A DNA stretch of 64,000 nt from the NCBI GenBank assembly GCA_965649825.1, contig OZ287703.1, positions 1,111,722 to 1,175,721 on the forward strand, given 5' to 3'. This document shows positions 34,101 through 45,730 of this stretch, in pieces. Every line of letters starts with the position of its first letter. Position 1 is the stretch's first letter. This stretch comes from Penicillus capitatus. Its lineage: Eukaryota > Plantae > Chlorophyta. Below the pieces are notes generated by a model. That model did no database searches and was not told the origin of the DNA. It worked only from the letters and a program-made list of their open reading frames with translations. Both the position numbers and the translations under genes were made by a program.

Positions 34101-36309
34101 GCATCCGATGACCTTCGTGCTCAACTCACGGAGCAGAATAAAGAAATTCGCGATCGCGAATCTGAGCTGAAAGAGCTCAAAGCGCAGCTCCATGAGTCGC
34201 AGGAAACTGTTGGAGAGATGGAAGTGAAAGTCTCCAATAGAGATGCCACCATCTTAGATTTGGAATCCAATGTCTCTTCGCTGACCAAAGTCGTCGATTC
34301 CAAAGAATCTGAACTCGCTCAATACAAACGCAATCTTACGGATACCGAAAGTCAGCTTCAGGTAACAAACACTTAGATGGTCCACCCACCCTCCTGACCC
34401 AGACTCCCAAATGACGCCCTGCGCACATCTTGCCTGTACATGCTGTCTATGCACCACAACCTCTCTTTCGTTTGGTGTACGGTGACACATGACGTGTGTG
34501 CGTTTAGATGATCGAGAATCAGCGCACGGAGCTTGAGGCACAAGTGGCTCACTATGTTGAGCTCAGCAAACGTCAGAGAGAAGAGGCATCTGCTTTGAAG
34601 ACGGAGTTCGAGAAGGCCACCGTTGATTTCCAAGAAGAATTGGCTGCCAAAGATGACGACATGCGTCGTGCTCAAGCGAATTACGAGGCGCAGCTTAAGG
34701 CCAGAGATGCACGACTGGCAGAAAGTGTCAAACAGTTTGACGAGCAAAAACAACAGCTACTGGAAGAGCACCAGACCATCGTGCAAGAACTCAAAGAGAA
34801 CATCGCTGAGCTGACCGCCGAACGCGAACGCAAGATTCGCCAGCACAAGGAAGATATCAAAGAGTGGGATAGCAAGTACGCCATCCATCCCCTTGCAAGC
34901 GGCAGACGGTATGGATGTTTGTGTCCGCCCTCGCAGATACAAAGCTTCGATCGAGGACTACGAGATTCGACTAGAAGAGAACGAGAAGAGACACTGTTCG
35001 CAATCCGAAGAGCTCGAGGCCGTCATCCGCAAGAAAGAGGTATCGGGAATGGCACTCCATAAGATCATGGATGCAAGGGATGGATGTTATCTAGAACGAA
35101 CTCCGAGACACGTCGAGTCGATTGAATGCTGACATTGCTTCATTGCAACGTCGTTTGGAGGACGAGGTCGCGAGATACGAGGCGGAGAACCTTGAAAGAG
35201 AGAAATCGATGCAGGAACTCCTTTACCAACATAAGAAGGTCCGTCCGTCCGTCCGTCCGTCTTAGAGCACAGGTAGTATCATACAATGCCGTTGCCTGTG
35301 CAGGAAACGAAGCATCAAGTTCGATCATTAGAAGAGGCTGTGAACAAGTACAAGGCTCTTGTTGAGGATAAGGACTCGACGATCGAGTACCTGGAGAGAA
35401 AACATCAGGACGCCGTGCAAAGCGCTGAATCGAAACTCAAGTACAACTTCTTTCATCTCATGAATGCACTCGCACGTTTTTTCTCCCCATTTATGATTCG
35501 TTTCAAACCATTCTTTCCTTAGAAGATTGTCACAGGCCACCTGTACATCACACATGCTCTTTGGCATGTCAAAAATTTGTGGCGGCAATAAACTTTGTTC
35601 ATGTAACTTTGATATCTTGATGATGATGAGCGAAGACCCCATCTCTATGCTCTCTGTTCGACACGCTGTATCTGATGTTTAGGAAAGAGGTGGCTAAGAT
35701 GCGTCACGAGATTGAAGAGACCAAAGCTGAAGCAGAGGCTGTATCCCGTACCTCCGAGCAACAGATGGACGCTCTTGAGCGCAAACTTGATGAAACCAAG
35801 AAGAAATATGGCGATGAGCTCCACTACAGAGAACAACGCATCCAGAATCTTGAAGATCAGCTCGGGTAAGGGTCCATCCATCCATTCAAGACAGACAAGG
35901 ACTGAGCATCATGGTCGTGCATTGCTGTAGAGAGAAGGACGAGTTCCGCAACTATCTTGAGGACTACAACTGTGCTCTGCATCGTTACTCTCAGATAAAC
36001 CACACGCTCTACAGTGTGCTAGAAGGCATTAACAATACTCTAGCCGAGGTAGACGGTGGCTCTCGACCATCGTCGGTCGCGAGCTCGTACCTGTCGTCCT
36101 ATGAAGACAGGAACACATACGACTGTGAAATCAGCGCTGCGTTCTCGAAAATGCCATCATCCAGGTGAGACACTCTGTTGTTTGTATATCAAGAGATCGC
36201 TCATATGGTTTGCTGTATTTCTAGATTTGGTACTGGGGCAGATTCTGCCTTCCAGCCCTTCAGCCATAGCGATTTTACTAAGGAGGCGTTGTACAATGCG
36301 CGAGCATGA
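31111..36309 (+). CDS. Kinesin motor protein, kinesin-12 (KIF15/PAKRP-like), with long coiled-coil tail, many exons
   Basis: [74 protein letters not shown]; heptad-rich tail; GC-AG intron at 33292-33341. Confidence 0.9.
35239..35260 (+). repeat. (GTCC)n microsatellite at the start of a kinesin intron
   Basis: gtccgtccgtccgtccgtccgt; the first unit supplies the donor AAG|GTCCGT. Confidence 0.8.
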
Positions 36310-37697
36310 TTTATCTCTTGTTCAAGGCACTCTTTTATTTCAACTTAGAGAGTTCCAATTGTTGTGAAAGAAGAAGAAAAGGAAGATGAAAAAGAAGACG
36401 AAGAAGAAGAACACGACGAACATAGGTTTCTATTGCTGAGGAACTGAATAAAGCTGTACCAGTAGCTGGAGGAATGCACCTCTTATAACCTTTGCTTGTT
36501 TTGCCTGCCTGCCTACCTGCCCGCTTCTGTTTCAACGTTCTGTGAAGGATGCGGCAACGACAAGAAGAAGTGAATGACCGGGTTTCTATTTCTTCCCGCA
36601 GGAGCTGTCGGGAGAGTCCATTCAGCATTATCAAAACAACCTCTGCGCCAATCTGTCCGACGTTCAACAATTTCTAGTGCCATTTATTCTCTAGAAAGAC
36701 TGGAGAGTACCTTATTTCCAGCAGCGAGAATTTCTGATTTTTGCCCTGTTCCTGCGAATGGCATTCCTATTTGAGCAACATGAACCACATAAGTTTCCAG
36801 TTTTCAGTGCCTGTCTGTTTAGCTCTATATACAAATCCAAGTCCTTCCCATGAGGGATAAATTGTTGCCCTTGAGTGGAGTTTTGTAGCCTCCCCCTGGG
36901 CTGGATGTGACTGATGCAGTAGAATTCCCGTTTGTCTGATTGTCTGTCCCCTGAAATGAACAAATGAAAAGAAGCATTTATCAGCGAGACCTATTCTTGG
37001 AGGAGAAATGGGAATGATGAGAAGAACAATGAAATCTTGAGACATGCATGCATTCCTGAAGACACACATGGATTTCCCTTTTTCTCAATAAAAGCAATGC
37101 ATGCACTGTTGTTGCTTTTTTGCACGCCATCTATCGTGGGCCCGAAGCCGAGTGTGCTTTGAATAGACATGGCATGTGGGGACCACGATTCGGGAAAGGG
37201 TCTCTGACGGCGGAATCGATCAATAACACTGGATTCGATATAAAAGACAACGTACATTTATTAGAGGGTGTAGGCAATTTACAGCACTATTCTCATACAC
37301 AAACGATATGAAATAGGGCGGCAACATCCCACCCATCGTTTCTGTCAGTCTTTATTCGTGACACCCTGACGATATGGATCTTAATACCGCTCTGAGATAG
37401 TTCTGTAATTGAGCCTGTTACCCCTCTCGGATTGTTCTTTTCGTTTCCTTGCATTTCGTGTATGGCTGTCGACGCATGAAGGTGCAAGGAACAGCGCCGG
37501 ATGTCAGAGACAAGCAGCGCATGGTCCTAACATCAGCACCTCTCCTAATGAGTCTAAAACAGACAACAGAAACAGAAACAACCGAAGAATGAACGTTTGA
37601 GACGATGGTTTCATGTGTTCATAGCCATTTAATGCGACATCTGAGCACATCTTCTATGACATGCTCCATCCCCATCCCATCCCCTCGCGTCCCCCAT

Positions 37698-38464
37698 TCA
37701 TCGCAGCGATGCCACGACCCAAGGCTGAAGCACATCGTGAAGGCCATGCAATGCCTGGGCAGCACGTTTGGTATCCGATTTGCTCGATCGCGTTGTCATT
37801 TCCACGAGGTAATGCGTTTCACTTAACGGTGTTGTTATGGCTGTATCGGCAGCAGTGGATGTGACAGCGCTGCTTGTGATCTTTCCGATCCTTGAGAGCG
37901 TCATCTCGATGAAGAAGCTGCGAAATCGGCACCGATATCGCGTCCCGAATCGCACAAATTTGTGGGATTCTGTCAGCTGGAAGGTCAGACGACAGAGATC
38001 CCACATGGACGCATCGGATGCTGAACATGTCGATTCTGTGACGTCTTGGACGATGCAAGGATACTGAGTGATCCATTCAGGACCTCTCAACGGAATGCCT
38101 TCGACCCGCAGTTGCCATTCCGTCATTCCTCGATTGAGCAGAGAATCGAAGATGATCATCTCGGAAGACAGAACCGGCAGCCGTTTGCACAGACGCACCT
38201 AGAGGTATCCAAAATGCAGAGCGCCACCAGTGACCATTCCTCCAAACTGTTTTCTGAAACTGACGTGTGTCTGTCCTTCGTGAGAGAAAAATGATCTCCT
38301 GCGCTCGAAAGCGCTCCGAAGTCGCTACAGACAGAGATTCCAATATTTGCTGAACGTGGCAGACATCTTCCTTTAAGACTTCTCCCAATAGTCGACACTC
38401 GCGTCCCTATAGCCACCACACCATCAGGCGTCGGGACGTGTCGGTTCGTGAAGACACGGACCAT
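37698..38464 (-). CDS. MED18: Mediator complex subunit 18
   Basis: M/GRECRLLGEVLKEDV..VQQILESL...ERFRAQEIIF, EWQLRVEGIP, HKFVRFG, HYLVEM, LHDVLQPWV resemble recalled MED18 blocks; ATG|GTCCGT 55-nt first intron. Confidence 0.75.
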
Positions 38465-38646
38465 TGCTGGATATACCGATTCTGAGGTCTTGACGCGTGG
38501 CTGATGCGATGTGACGTCAGCTGCTTTCGTTTATAACAACCTGCCTTTTCACAGTACTTCCATCATTCTGCTTCGTTTCGAGACCTTTTGCAGCGAGACC
38601 TGCAACGTTCCGGTCTTGTTCCGTCAACGAACGTGCGTTTTTTGCG

Positions 38647-40169
38647 ATGCAGTGTGCAAAGTATGGAATGCATCACCGGTGGGTCCGCGCTCCGTTGCGG
38701 AGTCCGGCGAAACCAGGCGCTGTGCACTGGCGCCCGCGACCTTCACGTCGACCCTTTCGCGTTTGCGCCACGACCGCCGTCAATCCGAAAGGAAAGAACG
38801 TTAAACGTGCGAAAGAAGGTTCGTAGAGCATGACCGCTACGGAATGATCCCGACAGCAGATGTCGCTCTTAGGCGTCGGTATGAGCTTCGACTACAGTGT
38901 CGTCCAACGGAATTTGGCTCTGGAACTCGTCCGTGTGACGGAAGCGGCCGCTCTGGCTGCGGCGAAATGGTTAGGCAAGGGAGATAAGAACGCAGCCGAC
39001 AAGGCTGCGGTCGATATGATGCGACGCGTTCTGAACACGACGCGTATGGACGGCGTGATCGTCATCGGTGAAGGTGAACGAGATCTCACTCTTTTTTTCT
39101 GTCGTGTCACACATTTCATGTCTGTACCTAGGAGAAAAAGACGAAGCGCCGATGTTGTATTGCGGAGAGAGAATCGGAGATGGTAATCCGCCAGAAGTAG
39201 AGATCGCTGTCGATCCTCTCGACGGCACTACATTAACGGCACAAGGTCTCACTCTTTTCTATGTGTACATAAGATATCACATCTCACTCTTTTGCAGGGC
39301 GCAACGGAGCGGTGACCGTCATTGCGTTGGCTGAGAAAGGCACCTTGCTCGATCCCGGTCCGTGCATGTACATGGAAAAGATGGCCGTTGGTCCGGACGT
39401 CAATTTCGAACGGATTGGCCTCCAGTCTGCACAAATGTCTAAAACTCGCCTCTGGCCTCATGGGTGTGCATATAGATACTCGGTGCGCGAGAATTTCGAG
39501 CAGATTGCTATGGATCTGGAGAAGCCGGTCTCGGACATCACTGTTCTGATTCTGGATCGTCCGCGTCACGAAAAGCTCATCCGCGAATGTCGTGAGGCAG
39601 GAGCTCGGTCATACCATCTCCCTTCCTGTGCCTGCCTAACCCTCTGCTCGACAGAATTCGTTTGATTTCGGATGGAGATGTGTCTGGTGCCATCGAAGTC
39701 GCGAAGGCTGATGCTCCTGTCGATGTCATGATGGGCATCGGGGGCAGTCCAGAAGGTGTCATCGCTGCCTGTGCGCTCAAATGCATGGGTATGTGCGTTC
39801 ATGTTTCCCCAAAGACAACTCCACGGCATCTCGGTGCCTGCTTCAGGTGGTTATATCGAAGGCCGTTTGCATCCACGAAATGAAGAAGAGCAGCGAAAGG
39901 CTGACGAAGCTGGATTGGATACGCAAAGGATCTATACATTGGACGAGATCTGCAAAGGCAATCAGGTTTTCTTTGCGGGGACGGGCGTCTCGGATGGAGA
40001 TCTCTTGAAAGGCGTACGCCTTTATTCGGGAGGAGCAACCACAAACTCACTCGTCATGCGTGCCGAGAGTGGCACCGTGCGCTACATTGAAACGTACCAC
40101 CACTGGGCGAAGCCCTCGATAACCAATATCCATCGCCATGGACCGCATGGCACCATACAAGACGACTAA
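38647..40169 (+). CDS. glpX: Class II fructose-1,6-bisphosphatase / F-SBPase (GlpX) with predicted plastid transit peptide, multi-exon
   Basis: [93 protein letters not shown]; Arg/Pro-rich N-terminus ending RVCA. Confidence 0.95.
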
Positions 40170-40225
40170 ACAACGACCGCTCTCGGCGTGTTTCGCAGAC
40201 CATGTACGACGTTGTTGGATCGATG

Positions 40226-40590
40226 TTAAAGCATTAAGAAATCCAAGAAGGCGGCCGAGCCTTGTTTCAAAGCATCTTTGACGCTTTGCGAGATCCCGGG
40301 CGCTGACCAGACATCCTCCGCTGCGTGGAGGCCTCGCGCCTCGAGCAGTGCGACGACTCGATCGACCTCTTCTGCGATATTCGGTCGGACATACTTCCGC
40401 ATCGATTCCTTCCAGTTCATGGTCCATGTGCCATAGGGACACGCATCCGTTCTAGATGGCATAGCATTTCGAGTGTCCTCTCATTGCTGTGAAGATCTGA
40501 CCGTCCCGTGTTGAGGAGAGAATAGATCTGGTGGGTAATGAAGCAAGCGGGATGTCCATGCAATGTCTCGCTCAGTGGGATCGCCGCCAT
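40226..40590 (-). CDS. Small hypothetical protein, 2 exons
   Basis: MAAIPLSETLHGHPACFITHQIYSLLNTGR/TDACPYGTWTMNWKESMRKYVRPNIAEEVDRVVALLEARG..., joined by a phase-2 GT-AG intron; no family recognised. Confidence 0.45.
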
Positions 40591-40703
40591 ACCGCTCTTA
40601 TCGCGCTCTTCGCCACAGATATAGCACCAACTCATGTTACCTCAGGTATTCTCTGCACGAGACATCCCATCGTCCCCGCCGACGATTCTTTGATGTGTGC
40701 AAA

Positions 40704-41054
40704 ATGAATACGATGTCTCGTTGGTCGCCGTTCTGGAGACGTGGATGGCATACGAGCGCCATTCTGCGTTGCGCCTCATCTCACGGAAACGAAGGATACG
40801 TCTGTCATCTCGCTCGCCTCGGCGCCGTCAACGTTGTGTTGTTTAGGAAGCGTATCTCCATGCCAAGCACATGTACAACATTCCCGCGGTTTTCGCCCCC
40901 CTCCCTTAGCGTCGAATACTTAGAAAAGAGTGATCGTGTACAGATGAAGAATCGCAAGCTGAAGATGGGATTGGCGGTTTCGTTGGTGGCGCTTGGACCT
41001 GTGGGTGTTGGGATCTTTGCCATAAAGCATCAGCAAGCGAAGATGCGTGGTTAA
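40704..41054 (+). CDS. Plant-type small cytochrome c oxidase subunit (COX-X4 / At4g21105-like), 3 exons
   Basis: Mitochondrial presequence-like N-terminus; spliced EAYLHAKHMYNIPA/MKNRKLKMGLAV...GVGIFAIKHQQ matches the recalled HAKHMYN..MK..LKM.L...G..IFAV.FQQ motif. Confidence 0.75.
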   Translation: MNTMSRWSPFWRRGWHTSAILRCASSHGNEGYVCHLARLGAVNVVLFRKRISMPSTCTTFPRFSPPSLSVEYLEKSDRVQMKNRKLKMGLAVSLVALGPVGVGIFAIKHQQAKMRG

Positions 41055-41104
41055 ACAACATACAATTTGTTGACAGCTAATGTTGATTATTGGTTTACAA
41101 ATTC

Positions 41105-41971
41105 CTATTCTTGAACGGCTGGCATCGCTGCGGCATCTTCTCCATTCGAGATCTTGTTTTCGACATCGGACTCGAGCCATTCCCAGTTGTAAGTACCGCT
41201 ACGTGTGACCTGGGGCAAATAGGTTCGACGATACTTCACCTGATGCAGTCGACAGAATTTGAGTGAGAAATAGTGTGATACAGATGTGACGTACAATTGC
41301 AGATTTGACAGCTTGCAGAGCATCTTTGGCGCCTAACATTGTATCGACTACGACCTGTTTGTTCTCATTCTTCTTGTAATCTTCGAAAAACCTAATTAAG
41401 CATGTCACCAACTTCGCGGCAGCTTCCCCAGAGCATACCGTCGAATTTCAGCAATTCTGTGAGGCGGGAGCTCGGAGATATCACGAAAATGTGTGAACTC
41501 TGGATCGTCATGATGCACGGCAATAATTTTATCATCTTGTTCACCTTGGTCCAGCATTTTCATCACGCCAATAGGCTACATCCATCAGTCCGTCCATGCA
41601 TGCATTGAACAAAATCAAAACCGCACGTACTTTGACGCGTAGGTATGCCATGGGGGTCACGATTTCTTGCATAAGAACAAGGACATCCAACGGGTCGTTG
41701 TCATCACACAATGTCTGAGGCACAAAGCCGTAGTTGTGTGGATAGACGACGCTGGAGTGCAGAATACGGTCAACAAAGAGCATTCCTGCGACCGTTGCCA
41801 CGTCTTGTCTACCCGCCGTCATCGACGCACCGTACCTGTTTTCTTATCAAGTTCGTATTTCACTTTGCTGCCTTTTGGAATCTCGATGACTACGTTAATC
41901 ATTCGAGGGGCTTGCTTCCCCACGTGCAAGTCATGCCATGGATGCGAAGCGTGGTCACGTGAAGCTGACAT
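41105..41971 (-). CDS. PPA: Soluble inorganic pyrophosphatase (family I), 5 exons
   Basis: [85 protein letters not shown]. Confidence 0.95.
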
Positions 41972-42157
41972 TCTGGAGTCAATATCAAATAACCAGCGAA
42001 CCAACCTCGGTAATATATCGCGAAAATCGTTCGGATCACGGACTCAAAATGATATGACGTCTTAGCGTTAACAAAATAGATCCTCGTCCGTCCGTTCGTA
42101 CGTACATTCGATACCGTTCCTCTGTGGGATGCGACAAGAGTGGTGTATCTCACTGCC

Positions 42158-43564
42158 TTAGAAGGCCAATTGCGTTTCGTTCTTGAAATCCCATGATCCA
42201 GCATCGATGGGCTTCATAAAAAAGATCTCGATCATCTTGACGGCCATCTGTGCAATAATGGGTACTCTCTGCAACGTCTTCCATGCATCGGGCGCATCCG
42301 ACTTGCCTAAAACATGATGACCCGCATCGCACACGACAACGCGCGTCTTCTTGTGGCTTTACCGATTTCCACGAGTTGCGTGTTGAGTTGGACAAGGGTG
42401 TCCATCTTGGGGAAGAAATCTGGATGCTCCACATCCGGGACGGCCGGAAAGACGCGCGCCGTCGTGCGATTGGTTTCGACGATGACGTGTTGATTGAACA
42501 CCGTGGAATCCAATCCCAATGCGCCATAGAATGCCTTGCGTTGATGGTCGTTGAGATACATCGTGATGTAGACGGACAGGCAGAAGAATCTGGCCCACAG
42601 TTTGGCACCCTGTTCGTTCAGAATATCAGGATTCGATTTCAGAAGCGCGCTGAAGAAATCTCCATGTCTAAGAGAGCCAATCATCTCAAAGCACAGCCAA
42701 AGGCCGTACGAACCTGTTCTCGTCTTGACACCAATTTTCGAAGTATTCAAAGATGGGGTAGATCTGGAAATCTGGATTGCGCTGAAGGTGGCGGTAGATG
42801 GAGATGTAACGCCAGTAACCGATCTTCTCCGAAAGGTACGTCGCGTAGAAAATGAACTTCGGCTCAAAGAAGGTGTACGCCCTGTAAAGGTCCATTTTTC
42901 AGCCAGATGCCATAGGAGATGGTTTAAGGCGGGACCTGTTCTTCGTGAGGAAACCGAGATCGAGTGCCAGATTGAAATCGGACATGGCTTTGTTCAGAAA
43001 ACCGGCGTGGCGCGCTTCGTCTCTCGACATTAATGTGAAGATCTCTGCGACAACGGGATTCGTTTTCTTCAATCGTCGGCCGAGTTCTTTGTACAGCAAG
43101 AAACCCGAAAACTCTGCTGTACAGGACCGCTCCAGAAATTCGATGAAGATCTTTCGGGTCGGTCCAGTGACCTATCCCATCCGTTCAGCATAAAAGAGTG
43201 TGACCGAAAGAGTAACCGTATTGGCTGCTTCTTTGAAGGTTTTGTTTCGAACGAAGTGGCATTGGTTGTAGTCTGTCTTGAATTCGTTCAGCAATGCCTT
43301 CATCTCTTCCATATTGAGATGTGGGTTCTTGGCCGGGTTGAGCAGCGTGTCCATCATTTCGAAGTCCGTCGTGTAGAAACGTGGCGTCAACACGGATTCG
43401 GATGCGGCTTGTTTCACACCGCGTCGCATCATCTTGAATCCCAACGTGTCGGTCGTCTCCGCTTGATCCGTCGCACTGCCGCTGGCTTTGACAGCGACGC
43501 GTCGCGATGGACGCGATGCGGTCTGCGGGGCAAAGAGCGAGACAGACTTCGTCGCGGACAGCAT
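42158..43564 (-). CDS. CHL27: Mg-protoporphyrin IX monomethyl ester oxidative cyclase (CRD1/CHL27/AcsF), 5 exons
   Basis: [83 protein letters not shown]. Confidence 0.97.
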
Positions 43565-43775
43565 CCTCAAAACGGGGTAAAGGGAAAAGGGTTCGATCGA
43601 TAGATCGCGAGATCTCGACGGACGAACGTACGCACGCGATACGGGCGGGCGTCACATCGTCGACGATGGAGACTGGAAGGAAACGCAGGGCCGAGGTAGA
43701 GATCGGCACACCCGCTTTCTGTCGCCGACCTTGTGCCACACGAATCCTGACGTGCGATTCTATTTCGCGCTGCGA

Positions 43776-45694
43776 ATGCCGTCGATTGTCGCTGTGCCAG
43801 GCCGGACGCATTTCACCAAAAGACGGCGACGTCCTGGAACGCACTTACCTCTTTCGTGGATTCCTTAGCCGAGAAGCCACTGGACATCGATATCTCTACA
43901 GAAGACGTGAGCTTTCGCGAAGAATTTCATCGATGGCTACGGGATGTCAGCGAAGAAAAGGGGCCGAGCAATGACGATGCGTTGAAACCAAAGGGACAGC
44001 ATCATCGAAAGGAGCGTGTGCTGAAAGAACCGCTTGTGACGTTGGATGGCGTGAGTCGGCAGCAGGGGGCTGCCGCGTTGTCGTCTCAGACGTTTGGCGT
44101 GGATGACATCGTTGAAGAAGCTGGAAACGTGTTACGATCGCGTGTCACTCCTCCACGTCTCCAGCGCGGGTATCTCACACTTCTGTCACGCTTTTGAATG
44201 ATGTGACGTTTGTATAAAGAGATGCGAATCGAGCGACCGAACCTGAGAAGGAGACAGTGGAGGATGTACGGAACTGCCTTGAGAAATTAGCGTCGGAACT
44301 GAACGGCCCTTTGGAGATGATCACGCAAAAGAACACAAATCTTCGCGGGGTACGTACGCAGCGAGTGTAAAGGAGAGTGCGAGCGGATTTTTTGTAGGCC
44401 CCTTTCCGTCGAAATCTCTTTCGAATGTATGGGAGAATCGCAAAACATCTGGAGGAATGCGAAGGCCGCCTGTTTGAACAACCGACCTCCGTGCGCAAGA
44501 AAACAGTAAAACGACTCGATGCTCAACAGGCGGAGGTCATTCTCACCTCTCGCATCCAATGATATCACTTTGTGTCGTGCAACGTGCCACAGTGCGTCCG
44601 TGAGAAAATTCGAGCACTGGAAGCGAGACTGCCTACTGCAGAAGTGATCGTTTCAGAAACGATTGTCCAGACACCATCACCTGGTCCTTCCTTCGAGACT
44701 TTTTGGCGTCCAGAGTGCGACTTTATTGACCAGGAACTGCCAAGGAGGAATCTGAAGGCAAGAGCGAAGAAATTGTCGGCGGCGATCTGTCCGTCTCGCC
44801 GCAAGACGCAGTTCTGGAAATTGAGATCGTCCACCCTTCTTTTCTCAAGAGTCGAGTACGCACAGAGAATCCATGGCAGCACTGCGTCATGACCGGCCTT
44901 TACAGGGAACGTGCCTGTTGGCACTAGGCCATCACACATTGAAGGATGTGATGGACTTATGCACATGCACTTGCGACGATGTCATGAAGGCATTGGAAGA
45001 ATCCAGAAACCCAAGGTCTGTGCCTCTCTACACATCCTTCTATCTATTCGACAGTCATGGTATCATAGATATGTCTTCATCGAGGGCGTGTTCTACATTG
45101 ACGACGACAATGAGATAGTTTTCAAAGATATTGAAGCCATCAGGTATCTCACCTGTCTGTTACTGTACACAGCTTCTATCTCTTTGCAGGGATTTCTGTC
45201 GTGTGCATGGCAGTGGTTGGCCGTTGGATGTCAGCCCGAGTGCATCGTGCGATTTCCGTGTGGGTTCACTGTCCACGCCGCTCAAGCATATACCGCTCAG
45301 AGCGTCAAACAAGCCACTCTATCTCTATGCGCATCGTGGAGGGTGCGAGCATCTTGTGCACGTTCGCAATGTTCGGCTGCCGCATGCCCGAGACGACAGC
45401 GCACTGCAGATTGGACCCATTCGCACTCGGACAACGCATGTTACTGTTCGGAAATGCTCCATATGCGAAAAGACCGTAAGTGCTCTCTTGTCAAATCTCT
45501 CCCCTATGTTACGACAATGCAATGTCTGGCGATGGATATAGTATGCCGCTTATGTTGTCTATGCCAGCAGCATGAATATAACGGACCCCTGTTTCTACTG
45601 CGAAACCTGCTACTATCTGGCACACTATGATTTCTCTGGAAGAGAGCTTCACGAAGCAAAGGGCCACGTGGTCTATCCATATCGAGGCGGATAA
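43776..45694 (+). CDS. SNAPC3: snRNA-activating protein complex subunit 3 (SNAP50/SRD2), multi-exon; start uncertain
   Basis: LALGHHTLKDVMDLCTC, FIEGVFY.D, YLYAHRGGCEHLV, KCSICEKT/YA...DPCFYCETCYYLAHYD. Confidence 0.85.
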
Positions 45695-45730
45695 CAATGC
45701 CTGTGTCGTGACAAAAAGAATCGTTGCGTT

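Noticed and set aside
30601-36525. Two (GCCT)n tracts in intergenic gaps at about 30601 and 36498
   Set aside because: Short microsatellites with no shared flanking sequence; not evidence for a SINE
43627-43632. GTAC copper-response core upstream of CHL27/CRD1
   Set aside because: A single 4-mer is expected by chance every few hundred bases
43841-43850. GCACTTACCT, identical to the U1 5' end
   Set aside because: No U1 stems, loops or Sm site follow; it is simply the complement of a consensus donor (AG|GTAAGT) on the minus strand, possibly a CHL27 5'-UTR intron or chance
42283-43974. Long antisense or alternative-frame ORFs over CHL27 and similar ones over other genes
   Set aside because: Shadow ORFs of GC-balanced coding sequence with no protein motifs
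43776-45694. Functional clustering of SNAPC3 with the U1 genes
   Set aside because: They are 30 kb and many unrelated genes apart; one co-occurrence is not evidence of linkage
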